Shown: in pieces, positions 1 through 9,042 of the stretch
Layout: the number at the start of each line of letters is the position of its first letter
Position numbering within the stretch: position 1 is the first letter of the stretch
Assembly: GCA_963794065.1 (NCBI GenBank)
Contig: CAWCDA010000057.1
Coordinates: forward strand, 13,634-77,633
Length of the DNA stretch: 64,000 nt
Direction of reading: 5' to 3'
From: an uncultured Actinomycetes bacterium
GTDB taxonomy: Bacteria; Actinomycetota; UBA4738; HRBIN12
Program-made: the position numbers and the translations under genes
Notes under the pieces: model-generated
Databases searched by the model: none
Told to the model about the DNA's origin: nothing
Seen by the model: only the letters and a program-made list of their open reading frames with translations

Positions 1-394
1 TCGGCAGGTCCATCTGCGACCAGGTCTCCTGGATCGTTCCGTCGTCCGCGTGCCGAGAGATCTGGATCCAGTCGAGGTCGATCGACTTGCCCGTTGGGGG
101 GAGGCTGGCGAACGCGAGCTCTCCGTCGTGCGTGCCGGTCATGCGGACGTGCGAGACGACCTTGTCGCCGTCGCCGAAGATCTCGAGGATCTCCGTGTTC
201 TTGTCGGAGAAGGCCTGGAACGAACCTTCGTTCGCCGCGATCGCGCCCTCCACTCCAGGCGGCAGACTCTCGGAGCCCGCGGTGTGCGGGACGAGGTCGC
301 TCGCCACGCTTGCGCGAACGGTGTCGTAGTCCCGCGCGTTGTAGGCGTGCTCCAAGCGCTCGACGACCTCGATGTTGCGTGCAACGTCACTCAT
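1..394 (-). CDS. SnoaL-like ester cyclase family protein, 3' end cut by window edge
   Basis: Absent from the ORF track because there is no stop inside the window. Reverse-strand ATG at 394 is preceded by GGGAGGG and the frame stays open to position 2. The translation MSDVARNIEVVERLEHAYNARDYDTVRASV...GKSIDLDWIQISRHADDGTIQETWSQMD looks like the SnoaL/ester-cyclase fold. Confidence 0.6.
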   Translation of the reverse strand, partial: MSDVARNIEVVERLEHAYNARDYDTVRASVASDLVPHTAGSESLPPGVEGAIAANEGSFQAFSDKNTEILEIFGDGDKVVSHVRMTGTHDGELAFASLPPTGKSIDLDWIQISRHADDGTIQETWSQMDLP

Positions 395-508
395 GGCACC
401 CTCCCGGGATCCGACGTATCTCGACGCTACGCCCGGTCGCGAGTTGCGGCAAGGTCAGGGTTTCCCGTTAGGAACGGTACGGTTGAGCGGCACGCCGAAG
501 GGGGAGGG

Positions 509-919
509 ATGGTGGCGAACGGATCCGGCGCGAAGGACGACCCGTGGGTGCTGAAGACCCCACCGGGCTCGTCGGAGTATCAGATGTGGCGCGATGAGGA
601 AGCCGACCCGCCCACGCTTGTGTGCCAGGTGGGCAGCACCAAGCTCGGGTATCAGTTGCGCTGCATCGAGGATCTGCACGCGATGTTGAAGCGGCATGGC
701 GACTGGATCGAGCTCGGGGCCGCCGACGAGCAGAAAGACGCAAAGGAAGGTACGGTCGAGGCATGGGGCCGCTCGCCCGAGAATCCTGTGGGCGGCTGGT
801 ACGGCACGAAGAAGGGGTACCGAGGACGGTTCGGGATGTACGTGCCGCCGTTGCTCGAGCTCCTCGGGCTGGCGGAGCTCGAACACAACCCGCGGAACAA
901 CCGCATGCGCGCCCTCTGA
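509..919 (+). CDS. conserved hypothetical protein (136 aa)
   Basis: Internal ATG of ORF 50..919, directly after GGGGAGGG. The upstream part of that ORF is antisense to the SnoaL gene. Sequence is protein-like (MVANGSGAKDDPWVLKTPPGSSEY...EHNPRNNRMRAL) but I recognised no family. Confidence 0.5.
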   Translation: MVANGSGAKDDPWVLKTPPGSSEYQMWRDEEADPPTLVCQVGSTKLGYQLRCIEDLHAMLKRHGDWIELGAADEQKDAKEGTVEAWGRSPENPVGGWYGTKKGYRGRFGMYVPPLLELLGLAELEHNPRNNRMRAL

Positions 920-958
920 TGTCGAGTCCCTGCGTGCGCTGTGTTGGCCCGCTGCCGC

Positions 959-1002
959 TTGACAAGCTAACACTGTTAGCCTAGGTTAGCTAACGATGTT
1001 AG
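959..1002 (+). promoter_or_regulatory. candidate promoter (TTGACA-17 nt-TAGGTT) overlapped by a GCTAAC/GTTAGC operator array
   Basis: TTGACA 959-964 and TAGGTT 982-987. GCTAAC-ACT-GTTAGC at 966-980, perfect palindrome GTTAGCTAAC at 985-994, and an extra GTTAGC at 997-1002. The array lies 23 nt upstream of the SRPBCC-TetR operon. Confidence 0.55.
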
Positions 1003-1024
1003 CCGGGATGGAAGGGGCTGGGGG

Positions 1025-1474
1025 ATGTTCAGGAACGAGATCCGGACGGAGATCGAGATCGATGGCATGGCTCAGGAGGTTTGGGACACGCTTACCGACT
1101 TCGAGTCATACAAAGAGTGGAACACCGGCTTCGTGCAGGCCGAGGGGCGCGCCGAGGTTGGCGAGAAGTTGCACATCACGTTCTCGCAGAAGGCCGGCAA
1201 GACGATGAAGATGCGTCCAACGGTCCTGGTGGCCGATCCCGGCCGGGAGTTGCGATGGCTCGGGCGACTGCTGATGCCGGGCCTGTTCGACGGGGAGCAC
1301 CGCTTCGAGATCCACCAGACCGAGCCCGGGCGCGTGACGTTCATCCAGAGCGAACAATTCCGAGGTGTGTTGGTGCCGTTCGTGCGCTCGATGATCGAGG
1401 GGAACACGTTGTCGATGTTGGAGCGTGTCAATGTCGACCTTGCCGCGCGCGTTCGCTCGCAGGCGACAGCGTGA
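1025..1474 (+). CDS. SRPBCC (START/polyketide cyclase-like) domain protein
   Basis: ORF 1025..1474. The N-terminus MFRNEIRTEIEIDGMAQEVWDTLTDFESYKEWN is typical of SRPBCC. Its stop overlaps the downstream TetR start (GTGA). Confidence 0.8.
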   Translation: MFRNEIRTEIEIDGMAQEVWDTLTDFESYKEWNTGFVQAEGRAEVGEKLHITFSQKAGKTMKMRPTVLVADPGRELRWLGRLLMPGLFDGEHRFEIHQTEPGRVTFIQSEQFRGVLVPFVRSMIEGNTLSMLERVNVDLAARVRSQATA

Positions 1475-2004
1475 GCGTCGCGCCGTCGGCGCGCCGCGAC
1501 GAGATCGTGGCCGCTGCCCGGCAGATCCTCGAGACGGATGGACCCTCGTATCTCACGATGCGCTCCCTCGCCGAGCGACTCGAGATGCGGGCGCCGTCGC
1601 TCTACAAGCACGTCGCCGACAAGGACGAGCTGGAAGCGCTGCTGATCGCCGAGGCGCTCCGAGGCATGGGTGAGACGCTGCATGCGGCAATCGACGAGTT
1701 GCCGTCACGCGGCTCAAGGAAGCGTGCGCTCGCAACGCTCGCGCGGGCCTACCGAACATGGGCGCTCGCGCACCCACACCTGTATCGCCTGGCGACCGAG
1801 GGCGAGCCGCCTCGCGAGTTCCTGCCCGATGGGCTCGAGGCGTGGACGGCGGAGCCGCTTCTTCGTGTGACGGGCGATCAGGATCGCGCGCGTGCCGCAT
1901 GGGCGTTCGCGCACGGGATGACGATCCTGGAGCTGGACGGTCGCTTCCCGCCGATGGCTGACCTTGACGCTGCTTGGGAGGCAGGCACCTCGGCGCTTGC
2001 GTGA
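1471..2004 (+). CDS. TetR/AcrR family transcriptional regulator
   Basis: In-frame GTG at 1471 inside ORF 1081..2004. The HTH region is RRDEIVAAARQILETDGPSYLTMRSLAERLEMRAPSLYKHV. Translationally coupled to the SRPBCC gene. Confidence 0.85.
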   Translation: MSVAPSARRDEIVAAARQILETDGPSYLTMRSLAERLEMRAPSLYKHVADKDELEALLIAEALRGMGETLHAAIDELPSRGSRKRALATLARAYRTWALAHPHLYRLATEGEPPREFLPDGLEAWTAEPLLRVTGDQDRARAAWAFAHGMTILELDGRFPPMADLDAAWEAGTSALA

Positions 2005-2072
2005 AAGGGCGTCGCGACGCGGGGGCGTTTCGCTCGTTGTACGTTTCGCCAGGGAGCCAGGGAGGTGCGGCG

Positions 2073-2999
2073 ATGGAGACTCGGAAGATCGGCTCGGGCA
2101 CGTTCTCGGTCATCGGGCTGGGCGGGTATGAGCTGGGGCAGGATCAGGGTTGGTCGGGTGCGCGTGAAGTCCTCAGCGCCTCGCTCGATTCTGGGATCGA
2201 CTGGCTTGATACATCCGAGGCCTACTTCGACGAATTGAACGAGCTCACGGTCGGCGCGGCGATGCGCGACGTCGGCGCTCCGGTCAAGATCTCCAGCAAG
2301 GTCGCCCCCGATGCAAGCGGCTTCCGACCTGAGCAGGTCCGCACGGCCTGCACCGGCAGCCTGAATCGGCTCGGCGTCGCTCGGCTGGACATGTACCTGC
2401 TGCACTACCCTGACGATACCGGCGTACCGCTGGAAGAGACGTGGACGGCGATGCGGCAACTCGTCCACGACGGCCTGGTCGGCCTGGCGGGTCTGTCGAA
2501 CTTCGACCAAGCCCAGATCGAGCTCTGCCAGACGATCGGTCCCGTGGACGTCATCCAAGAGGGCCTGTCGCCGATCGATCATCTGGAGACGCTCGACCTG
2601 GCGCGATGGTGCAGGACGCAAGAGATCGGCGTCGTGACGTACGAGCCGCTCGGCGGCGGCATGCTGGCCGGCGGGATCGAGCGCCCCGAGGACTTCGGCC
2701 AGGTGCTCGATGACTATGCCGAGTGGGGGTTCTGGAAACGGCTGTTCGCACCCGGCAGGTTCGAGCGGTCGGCGGTCGTCCGCGATGGGATGCAGGTCGT
2801 AGCCGAGCGGATCGGCTGCTCGCTACCACAGCTGGCCATCGCCTGGAACATCCAACAAGAAGGTGTCAGCGCTACCCTCGCCGGCACGAGCAACCCTGCC
2901 CACGTCCGCACGAACGCGGAGGCCGCCGATGTGGTGCTGACGCGCGATCAGATCGACGAGATCGACGCACTGATCCCCCTCGGTCCGACCTTCGACTGA
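2073..2999 (+). CDS. aldo/keto reductase
   Basis: ATG at 2073 after GGGAGG, inside ORF 1974..2999. AKR motifs seen: IDWLDTSEAY, LDMYLLHYPD, LSNF. Confidence 0.9.
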   Translation: METRKIGSGTFSVIGLGGYELGQDQGWSGAREVLSASLDSGIDWLDTSEAYFDELNELTVGAAMRDVGAPVKISSKVAPDASGFRPEQVRTACTGSLNRLGVARLDMYLLHYPDDTGVPLEETWTAMRQLVHDGLVGLAGLSNFDQAQIELCQTIGPVDVIQEGLSPIDHLETLDLARWCRTQEIGVVTYEPLGGGMLAGGIERPEDFGQVLDDYAEWGFWKRLFAPGRFERSAVVRDGMQVVAERIGCSLPQLAIAWNIQQEGVSATLAGTSNPAHVRTNAEAADVVLTRDQIDEIDALIPLGPTFD

Positions 3000-3006
3000 G
3001 GGGTCG

Positions 3007-3852
3007 ATGGTGGATCTTCGGGGGTTCCGGCGCGAGGACGCAGCCTTCATCCGAGCGCTCGTCGCGGAACAGGGGTGGAACGCGGGCGTTTACGATGTGG
3101 AGACGTTCACGGGAGCCGACCCCGATGCATGGATCGTGGCCGAGATCGATGGGCAGCCCGTGGGCATCGTCTTGGCAACCCGCTGGAACGCGTCGCACGG
3201 ATGGATCGGGCTCTATCTCGTGCATCCGGAGTTCCGTGGACGCGGGATCGGGCTCGCGCTCTTCCGCGCGGCGCTTGCGCGGCACGCACCCGGCAGCGTG
3301 GGGCTGGACGGAGACGCCCGGCAGCAAGCGAACTACCGTCGCGCGGGTTTCGTGGACGTCCACGCCAATACGCGGTGGCAGGGCCCGGCTCGTCTGTGGC
3401 GTGCCCGAGCGGAGGCCGCGGGGGTGGTGGACGCGCGCGAGCTCACGATCCAGCCGCTCGTTGATCTGGACGCTCGAGCCGTCGGTGCTCCGAGGCCAGA
3501 GCTCCTCCGAGCGTGGCTGGCGCAACCCGAGGCTCGGCACGTCGCACTCCTTCGAGACGGGCATGTGGCTGGACTGGCCACGGCACGGCCTGCGCGCCAA
3601 GGTTGGAAGGTCGGACCGCTCTACGCTCCCGACGTTTCCGCAGCGGCTGCGTTGCTCGCTGCGGCGATCGAGCAGCTCGATCCCGACGACGTGTGCTGGC
3701 TCGACGCGCCGAACCCGAACGCCGCCGCTGCCGCCCTGATGAAGGACCTGGGCGCCAGCGGTGCGCCGACGTCCGGACGAATGGTTCGCGGCCGAGGTCC
3801 GGTCGGAGACACCTCGATCATGTTCGGCCTTCTGGCGCACGAAGTCGGCTGA
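3007..3852 (+). CDS. GNAT N-acetyltransferase with C-terminal YitH-like extension
   Basis: ORF 3007..3852. Acetyl-CoA motif HPEFRGRGIGLALFRAAL. Confidence 0.8.
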   Translation: MVDLRGFRREDAAFIRALVAEQGWNAGVYDVETFTGADPDAWIVAEIDGQPVGIVLATRWNASHGWIGLYLVHPEFRGRGIGLALFRAALARHAPGSVGLDGDARQQANYRRAGFVDVHANTRWQGPARLWRARAEAAGVVDARELTIQPLVDLDARAVGAPRPELLRAWLAQPEARHVALLRDGHVAGLATARPARQGWKVGPLYAPDVSAAAALLAAAIEQLDPDDVCWLDAPNPNAAAAALMKDLGASGAPTSGRMVRGRGPVGDTSIMFGLLAHEVG

Positions 3853-4543
3853 CCTCGGCGCTCTTGAGGCGTTCGATGCCGTCGAGCATCAGGTCGAGAG
3901 AGAACTCGAACTCGAACTGATCATCGCAACCGGGGCCGACAACAGATGATTCGTCGTGGCTGACCGCGAGGTACAGCTCGTAGATCGACGGGTACGTCGC
4001 CGCCATCGCCTCGATCATCTCGGGCTGCATCGGCGCGTCGGCGTCGGACTGATCGTTGAACAGCTCTTGTGAGAAGCCCATCAGACGGCTGCCCATCGCG
4101 TGCATCACGTGGTGTGTGAGGTCGATCGAGAACCCGCCGGCCGTGAACATGCCGATCATCGAATCCATGTAGGCCATCACGAACGGCGTGGGCTTGGTGC
4201 GCGACTCCATCACGCGCGAGGCCCACGGGTGGCGAAGCAACGCGCGGCGGGCCGAGAGGATCCGGTCGCGGACGGCGGTCTTCCAGTCGGTGTCGGTGCG
4301 GACAGGATCGATCTCGCCGACGACGACGTCGAGCATGCCGTCGAGCATCTCCTCCTTATTGGCGAGGTGCTTGTAGAGCGCCATCGGCACCACGTCGAGC
4401 TCCTGCGCCAGCCGGCGCATGCTGAGCGAATCGACCCCCTCGCGATCGGCGAACGCGACTGCGGTGTCGAGGATCCGCTCCCGACTCAGGGGCACCCGGG
4501 CCTTAGTCTCGAGGTCGCTTTCGGCCTTCATCCGCTCAGCCAT
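3818..4543 (-). CDS. TetR family transcriptional regulator (tetracycline-repressor-like C-terminal domain)
   Basis: C-terminal 241 aa of ORF 3818..5617, starting at MAERMKAES. The HTH region is SRERILDTAVAFADREGVDSLSMRRLAQELDVVPMALYKHL. The remainder of the 599-aa ORF is antisense to the oxidoreductase gene. Confidence 0.85.
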   Translation of the reverse strand: MAERMKAESDLETKARVPLSRERILDTAVAFADREGVDSLSMRRLAQELDVVPMALYKHLANKEEMLDGMLDVVVGEIDPVRTDTDWKTAVRDRILSARRALLRHPWASRVMESRTKPTPFVMAYMDSMIGMFTAGGFSIDLTHHVMHAMGSRLMGFSQELFNDQSDADAPMQPEMIEAMAATYPSIYELYLAVSHDESSVVGPGCDDQFEFEFSLDLMLDGIERLKSAEVSRLRAPEGRT

Positions 4544-4600
4544 TTGACAAGTGTACGCCGTACACAGTAGGTTCCGTCCATCGGTGTACGCCGTACACCG
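4544..4600 (+). promoter_or_regulatory. divergent promoter/operator region: TTGACA-18 nt-TAGGTT with two copies of the palindrome GTGTACG-C-CGTACAC
   Basis: TTGACA 4544-4549 and TAGGTT 4568-4573. The identical 15-mer GTGTACGCCGTACAC occurs at 4551-4565 (inside the spacer) and at 4584-4598 (extended 9-1-9 at 4582-4600). AGGAGG precedes the ATG at 4616. Confidence 0.65.
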
Positions 4601-4615
4601 CGCCAGGAGGGCGAG

Positions 4616-5587
4616 ATGAAGGCGATCGTTCAGGACAAGTTCGGGTCGGCAGACGTGCTCGAGTTCCGCGATGTCGAGGATCCGGTGGTCGGCGAGGACG
4701 ACGTCCTCGTGCAGGTGCGGGCGGCCGGCTGCGGTCCCGACGTGTGGCACATCATGACCGGCAAGCCGTACTTCGCTCGGCTCATGCCCGGGTTCAAGAA
4801 GATGAACGCCGCCGTGCGTGGCAGCGATGTCGCCGGGCGGGTCGAGGCCGTCGGCGCGAACGTGACGGACCTGCGGCCCGGCGACGAGGTGATGGGCGAG
4901 GTCAAGGGCTCCTTCGCCGAGGTCGCGATCGGCGCCACCGAGACCCTCGTGCGCAAGCCGGCCAACATCTCCTTCGAGCAGGCGGCGGCGGTTCCCGTCT
5001 CGGGTTGCACCGCTCTTATGGCCCTCCGCGACGTTGCGGCGGTGCAGCCGGGGCAGACGGTGCTGGTCATCGGTGCGGCCGGCGGCGTGGGCACGCTCGC
5101 CGTGCAGATCGCGAAGGCGTCCGGCGCCAAGGTCACCGGCGTGTGCAGTGGGCCGAAGGCCGACCTGGTGGGTTCGCTCGGCGCTGACGACGTGATCGAT
5201 TACACCAAGGAGGACTTCACGGACGGTTCGCGCCGCTGGGACGTCATCGTCGACGGGGCGGGCCGTCGGCCGCTGCGGCACCTCCGACGCGCGCTCGCGC
5301 CGAAGGGGACGCTGGCGATCGTGGGCGGCGACGGCGGTGGCAACTGGACCGGCGGCTTCTTCCGCCAGATCCTGCGAGCGCCCCTGCTGTCCCTCTTCAC
5401 CGGTCAGCGCATGCGCCCGGTCATCTCGAAGGTGAACCGAGCGGACCTCGAGACGCTCCAGAAGATGATCGAGGACGGGAAGGTGATCCCCGTGGTCGAT
5501 CGAACGTTCGCGTTGCCGGAGACTGCGGACGCGGTGCGGTACCTGGAGGAGGGTCATCCCACCGGGAAGGTTGTCGTCACCGCGTGA
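4616..5587 (+). CDS. NAD(P)H-dependent quinone oxidoreductase / zinc-type alcohol dehydrogenase (MDR) family
   Basis: ORF 4616..5587. Rossmann motif VLVIGAAGGVGTLAVQIAK plus an MDR-like N-terminal catalytic domain. Confidence 0.9.
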   Translation: MKAIVQDKFGSADVLEFRDVEDPVVGEDDVLVQVRAAGCGPDVWHIMTGKPYFARLMPGFKKMNAAVRGSDVAGRVEAVGANVTDLRPGDEVMGEVKGSFAEVAIGATETLVRKPANISFEQAAAVPVSGCTALMALRDVAAVQPGQTVLVIGAAGGVGTLAVQIAKASGAKVTGVCSGPKADLVGSLGADDVIDYTKEDFTDGSRRWDVIVDGAGRRPLRHLRRALAPKGTLAIVGGDGGGNWTGGFFRQILRAPLLSLFTGQRMRPVISKVNRADLETLQKMIEDGKVIPVVDRTFALPETADAVRYLEEGHPTGKVVVTA

Positions 5588-5600
5588 TTGGGCGCCGCGC

Positions 5601-5999
5601 TCAGTGACGTAGCGCATCGATCGATGCGATCGTGACGATGCCGTCGAGCTTGCCAGCCAGTTCGCCGTCCATCGTCACGAACGCGTCTGCCTGAAGCTGC
5701 GTGAGGGCAACGTATTCGGCGTCGTAGGTCGAAGGCCAACCGAGTTGATCGGCGATCGCCCAGGCGCGACGACGGAGCACGGCGTCACCGAGAAGCCTGA
5801 TCTTCATCCCCCAGATGTGTTCGAGCTGGTCGCGGGCGACGTTCGCCTCGATATCTCCGCGCTGAACTGCCTCGTGCATGACGGACAGGGTTTGGGAACG
5901 CAGCAGGGTCGGCGCGAGAAGCTCGTGCTTACTTCGCACCGTGATGCCTTGATCGGCGAGTTGCAGGACGGCGCTGGAGTCGACGACGAATCTGGTCAT
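5601..5999 (-). CDS. PIN-domain ribonuclease (VapC-like toxin)
   Basis: ORF 5601..5999. The N-terminus MTRFVVDSSAVL carries the conserved early Asp, and a later TYDAEYVALT motif is present. Confidence 0.8.
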   Translation of the reverse strand: MTRFVVDSSAVLQLADQGITVRSKHELLAPTLLRSQTLSVMHEAVQRGDIEANVARDQLEHIWGMKIRLLGDAVLRRRAWAIADQLGWPSTYDAEYVALTQLQADAFVTMDGELAGKLDGIVTIASIDALRH

Positions 6000-6136
6000 C
6001 GTGCCCTTGGGGTCGGGGTGTAAAGCAGGCGCAACACTATCAACAGACCTCTTCCGACATCATGGCGGATGAGCGAACGGCCGGCTTCGATACACTCCAG
6101 CCGTTCAAAGACCCTGCTTGAGAGGCTGATATCCGC

Positions 6137-7729
6137 ATGTCACGAGTCATCTTGATCGCGTGGGATGGCGCCGACTGGCGCATCCTTGACCCCCTGCTCG
6201 AGCAGGGCGCTCTGCCCAACCTGAAGGCGCTGATCGATCGGGGGCAGAAGGACGTGCTGCGAAGCACGATCCCGACGCACTCGTGGAGCGCGTGGCCGAG
6301 CTTCCTGACGGGCGTCGACCCGGTGGACCACGGGGTCTACGACATCCTCGAGACGGTGCCGGGCACCCACAAGCAGTACCCGGTCACCTACAAGTCGATC
6401 AAGGCGCGCACGTTCCTGGACGACCTCACGGCCGCGAACAAGAAGATGCTGCTGCTCGACGTGCCGCTCACGTTCCCGGCGCCGCAACCGCTCGCGGGCA
6501 ACCTGCTGGCCGGCGGCGTGCTGCCGAAGAACCGCACGTTCTCCTCGCCGGCCGACCTCCCCGAGACGCTCGCCAAGGCCGGGCTCGAGTGGCCGATCAA
6601 CGGCATGAGCTGGACCACGTATCACAACAAGCCGGACCCCTACCTGGACGAGGCCTACGAGGTCACGGCCAAGCGCATCAAGGTCAGCGAGTGGCTGATG
6701 GACAACACCGAGTGGGATCTGATGGCAAGCGTCTGGGTCAGCATCGACCGAACCCAGCACTGCCTCAGCAACTACGTGGCGCCCGATCATCCTGATTACG
6801 CGGCGAACAAGGACACTCGCATCGGCAACAAGGTGGCCGACATCTTCCGCCAGGCGGACGAGGCGATCGGCTCGTTCGTCAGCCGGGCGCGTCCCGACGA
6901 CATCATCCTGTTCATCTCCGACCACGGGTTCCAGTCGTGCACGCGCACGATCAACATGGACCGGCTGCTGAAGGAGTTCGGGTACCTGGACTTCAGCGCG
7001 TCCAACGCCGTGTTCGGGCCGATGCAGTGGGGTCCGATGCGCAGGGTCGCGCGCAAGGTCTATGACACGCTCGGGCTGCACGGCAAGGTCAGCCTGCCGC
7101 AGTCGGTGAACTGGTCCAAGACCAAGGCGTACACGACGATCCGCTCCACCGGCGAGGGCGTCAGCCTGAACATGGCCGGCCGTGAGATCGACGGCGTCGT
7201 CGACCCGGGTGACTACGAGAAGGTGCGCAATGAGTTGCTCGATCGCCTCGGCACGTTCGTCGACCCCAAGACCGGCAAGAAGCCCGTCAAGGAGATCTAC
7301 AAGCGCGAGGAGATCTTCAAGGGCCGCTACGCCGACAGCGCACCCGACATCCTGATGGTGCCCGCCGAGGGCTACTCGCTGTCGCACGCCAAGGCTGCCT
7401 ACGAGGACGCCGACTGGGTAAGCGGCGACCACCGCATCGAGGGCACGATCGTGGCCGTCGGCCCGAACGTGAAGCCGTTCGAGACGCCGCCGGCGCTGAT
7501 CGACATGGCCCCGACGATCGTCGCGGCACTGGACGCGCCGACGGCGGTCAAGCCGAGCGGCCGCGTGCTGCACGAGATCGTTGGCACTGCCGAGTTGAAG
7601 GCCCGCGAGGCGACTGAGACCTCATCGGCCGGCGCGGCGATCCCGGGCATGGGCAACGAAGCTCAGGTCACCGACACCGAAGCCGACGAGATGGAAGAGC
7701 ACCTCCGCGGCCTCGGCTACATCGAGTAA
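6137..7729 (+). CDS. alkaline-phosphatase-superfamily type I phosphodiesterase / nucleotide pyrophosphatase family protein
   Basis: ORF 6137..7729. Motifs ILIAWDGADWR, PTHSWSAWPSFLTG and FISDHGF fit the AP-superfamily metal and nucleophile sites. Confidence 0.8.
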   Translation: MSRVILIAWDGADWRILDPLLEQGALPNLKALIDRGQKDVLRSTIPTHSWSAWPSFLTGVDPVDHGVYDILETVPGTHKQYPVTYKSIKARTFLDDLTAANKKMLLLDVPLTFPAPQPLAGNLLAGGVLPKNRTFSSPADLPETLAKAGLEWPINGMSWTTYHNKPDPYLDEAYEVTAKRIKVSEWLMDNTEWDLMASVWVSIDRTQHCLSNYVAPDHPDYAANKDTRIGNKVADIFRQADEAIGSFVSRARPDDIILFISDHGFQSCTRTINMDRLLKEFGYLDFSASNAVFGPMQWGPMRRVARKVYDTLGLHGKVSLPQSVNWSKTKAYTTIRSTGEGVSLNMAGREIDGVVDPGDYEKVRNELLDRLGTFVDPKTGKKPVKEIYKREEIFKGRYADSAPDILMVPAEGYSLSHAKAAYEDADWVSGDHRIEGTIVAVGPNVKPFETPPALIDMAPTIVAALDAPTAVKPSGRVLHEIVGTAELKAREATETSSAGAAIPGMGNEAQVTDTEADEMEEHLRGLGYIE

Positions 7730-7933
7730 CAGGAGGCTCGCGCGTGCAGGGCGCGCCGATCCATTGGGAGCGTTCAGAAGCGAGCTGATGCGGCTGCTAG
7801 CCGAGCTTTCCACTGGTGGGTGAGGATCTGCACTTACTAGAAATCCCGGCGGGGGTGTCGAAGCGGGTGGCCGCCGTTCGTCGAGAGGTCGGAGCATGGC
7901 CAGAGGCAACGAAGCGCGGCAAGAGGAGGAGAT

Positions 7934-8299
7934 ATGGCCGAGTACCTCGTTCTGTTCAACGACGAGTGGGTGCCGGACCTCACGGAAGAGGATCTGCGGG
8001 AGGCGTCTCAACGTGTGAGAGCTGTGAGGGCAGAGATGGCGGCGGCCAAGGTCCTCATCTTCACCGGCGGACTCGACGACGCTGCGCCCGTGTTCAGCGT
8101 CGATGTGTCGAGTGGCCCCCCGCTTATCACCGACGGCCCCTTCGCTGAGACCAAGGAGCAGCTCGGCGGCTTCGCCGTCATCGATGTGGCCGACGAGCAG
8201 GCCGCGCGGTTATGGGCGGAAAAGATCGCGGTGGCGTGCGGTTGGCCCCAGGAGGTGCGACGGTTCAGGTACGCGGCTGACCCCTCGGGAGAACAGTAG
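7934..8299 (+). CDS. YCII-related domain protein
   Basis: ORF 7934..8299, with GAGGAGGAG directly upstream. Motifs DGPFAETKEQLGGF and the terminal EVR are YCII-like. Confidence 0.85.
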   Translation: MAEYLVLFNDEWVPDLTEEDLREASQRVRAVRAEMAAAKVLIFTGGLDDAAPVFSVDVSSGPPLITDGPFAETKEQLGGFAVIDVADEQAARLWAEKIAVACGWPQEVRRFRYAADPSGEQ

Positions 8300-8342
8300 C
8301 GTCGGGCGACGCACCTGAACCGTGCTTTGGCACCCGACGTGG

Positions 8343-8975
8343 CTATCCCTCCAGCTCGACAAGCCAGTGGTGGCCTGGGTGGACGCGTTGCAGAGCGTCC
8401 GTCAGCCAACGGCGTTGAAACTGATCCAGCGACGGCAGGACCGCTGCGAAGTCGGCGTTGTCTTTCGCCCGATCGTGTTTCGCCTTGAACAACAACACGA
8501 TTTCGGGAACCATGTAGGGGATCCTGCCCTTGGTGGTCTTAATGACCTCGGAGTAGGGACGGCGGATCGTTCTTTCGCGACGACAGATCCACACGTCGCC
8601 GTCGTGCGGATCTCGGAAGACGTCGAGGTGGTATATCCCCGTCGTCCGATCGCTGACCCAGGTCTGGTGCATCACATCGAAGGCTGCTTGATTGTCCAGT
8701 TGCCACATATGGCCCGAGCCGACGACATCGAAGTCGAACTCCGATAGGGCGCGACGGATCTCGGGGAACCGACGGGTTGGAACGGCGATCTCTGTGTCCT
8801 CGTGGACGCGGGTCGTCACGCCGAGGTGGAGGTCGATCGCCCAGCCGGCTGTGACGCACCACGGGGCGTCGACTCCGCGTAGCCGTTCGGCGACCTCTCG
8901 TGGAGGCCACGGGTGCCAGGGTGTGCTCTGGTCCACCGCGGTTCCACCGAGCGGAAGGTCTTCGTTTTCGCTCAC
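8343..8975 (-). CDS. nucleotidyltransferase-fold protein, ANT(2'')/Lnu-like family
   Basis: ORF 8343..8975. WCVTAGWAIDLHLGVTTRVHEDTEIAV resembles the GGWAID...DxD catalytic core of small antibiotic nucleotidyltransferases. Confidence 0.7.
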   Translation of the reverse strand: MSENEDLPLGGTAVDQSTPWHPWPPREVAERLRGVDAPWCVTAGWAIDLHLGVTTRVHEDTEIAVPTRRFPEIRRALSEFDFDVVGSGHMWQLDNQAAFDVMHQTWVSDRTTGIYHLDVFRDPHDGDVWICRRERTIRRPYSEVIKTTKGRIPYMVPEIVLLFKAKHDRAKDNADFAAVLPSLDQFQRRWLTDALQRVHPGHHWLVELEG

Positions 8976-9042
8976 GCTGCCCCCTGCGGCAGTATGGGCC
9001 GATGTTCGTGTCGTTGATGGGTGACGGTGTCAGGCTGCCCGG

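Noticed and set aside
6000-6139. Intact VapB-type antitoxin upstream of the PIN gene
   Set aside because: The frame with the classic ATGA overlap has no usable start codon and no recognisable RHH, AbrB or Phd motif. It is reported only as a possible remnant.
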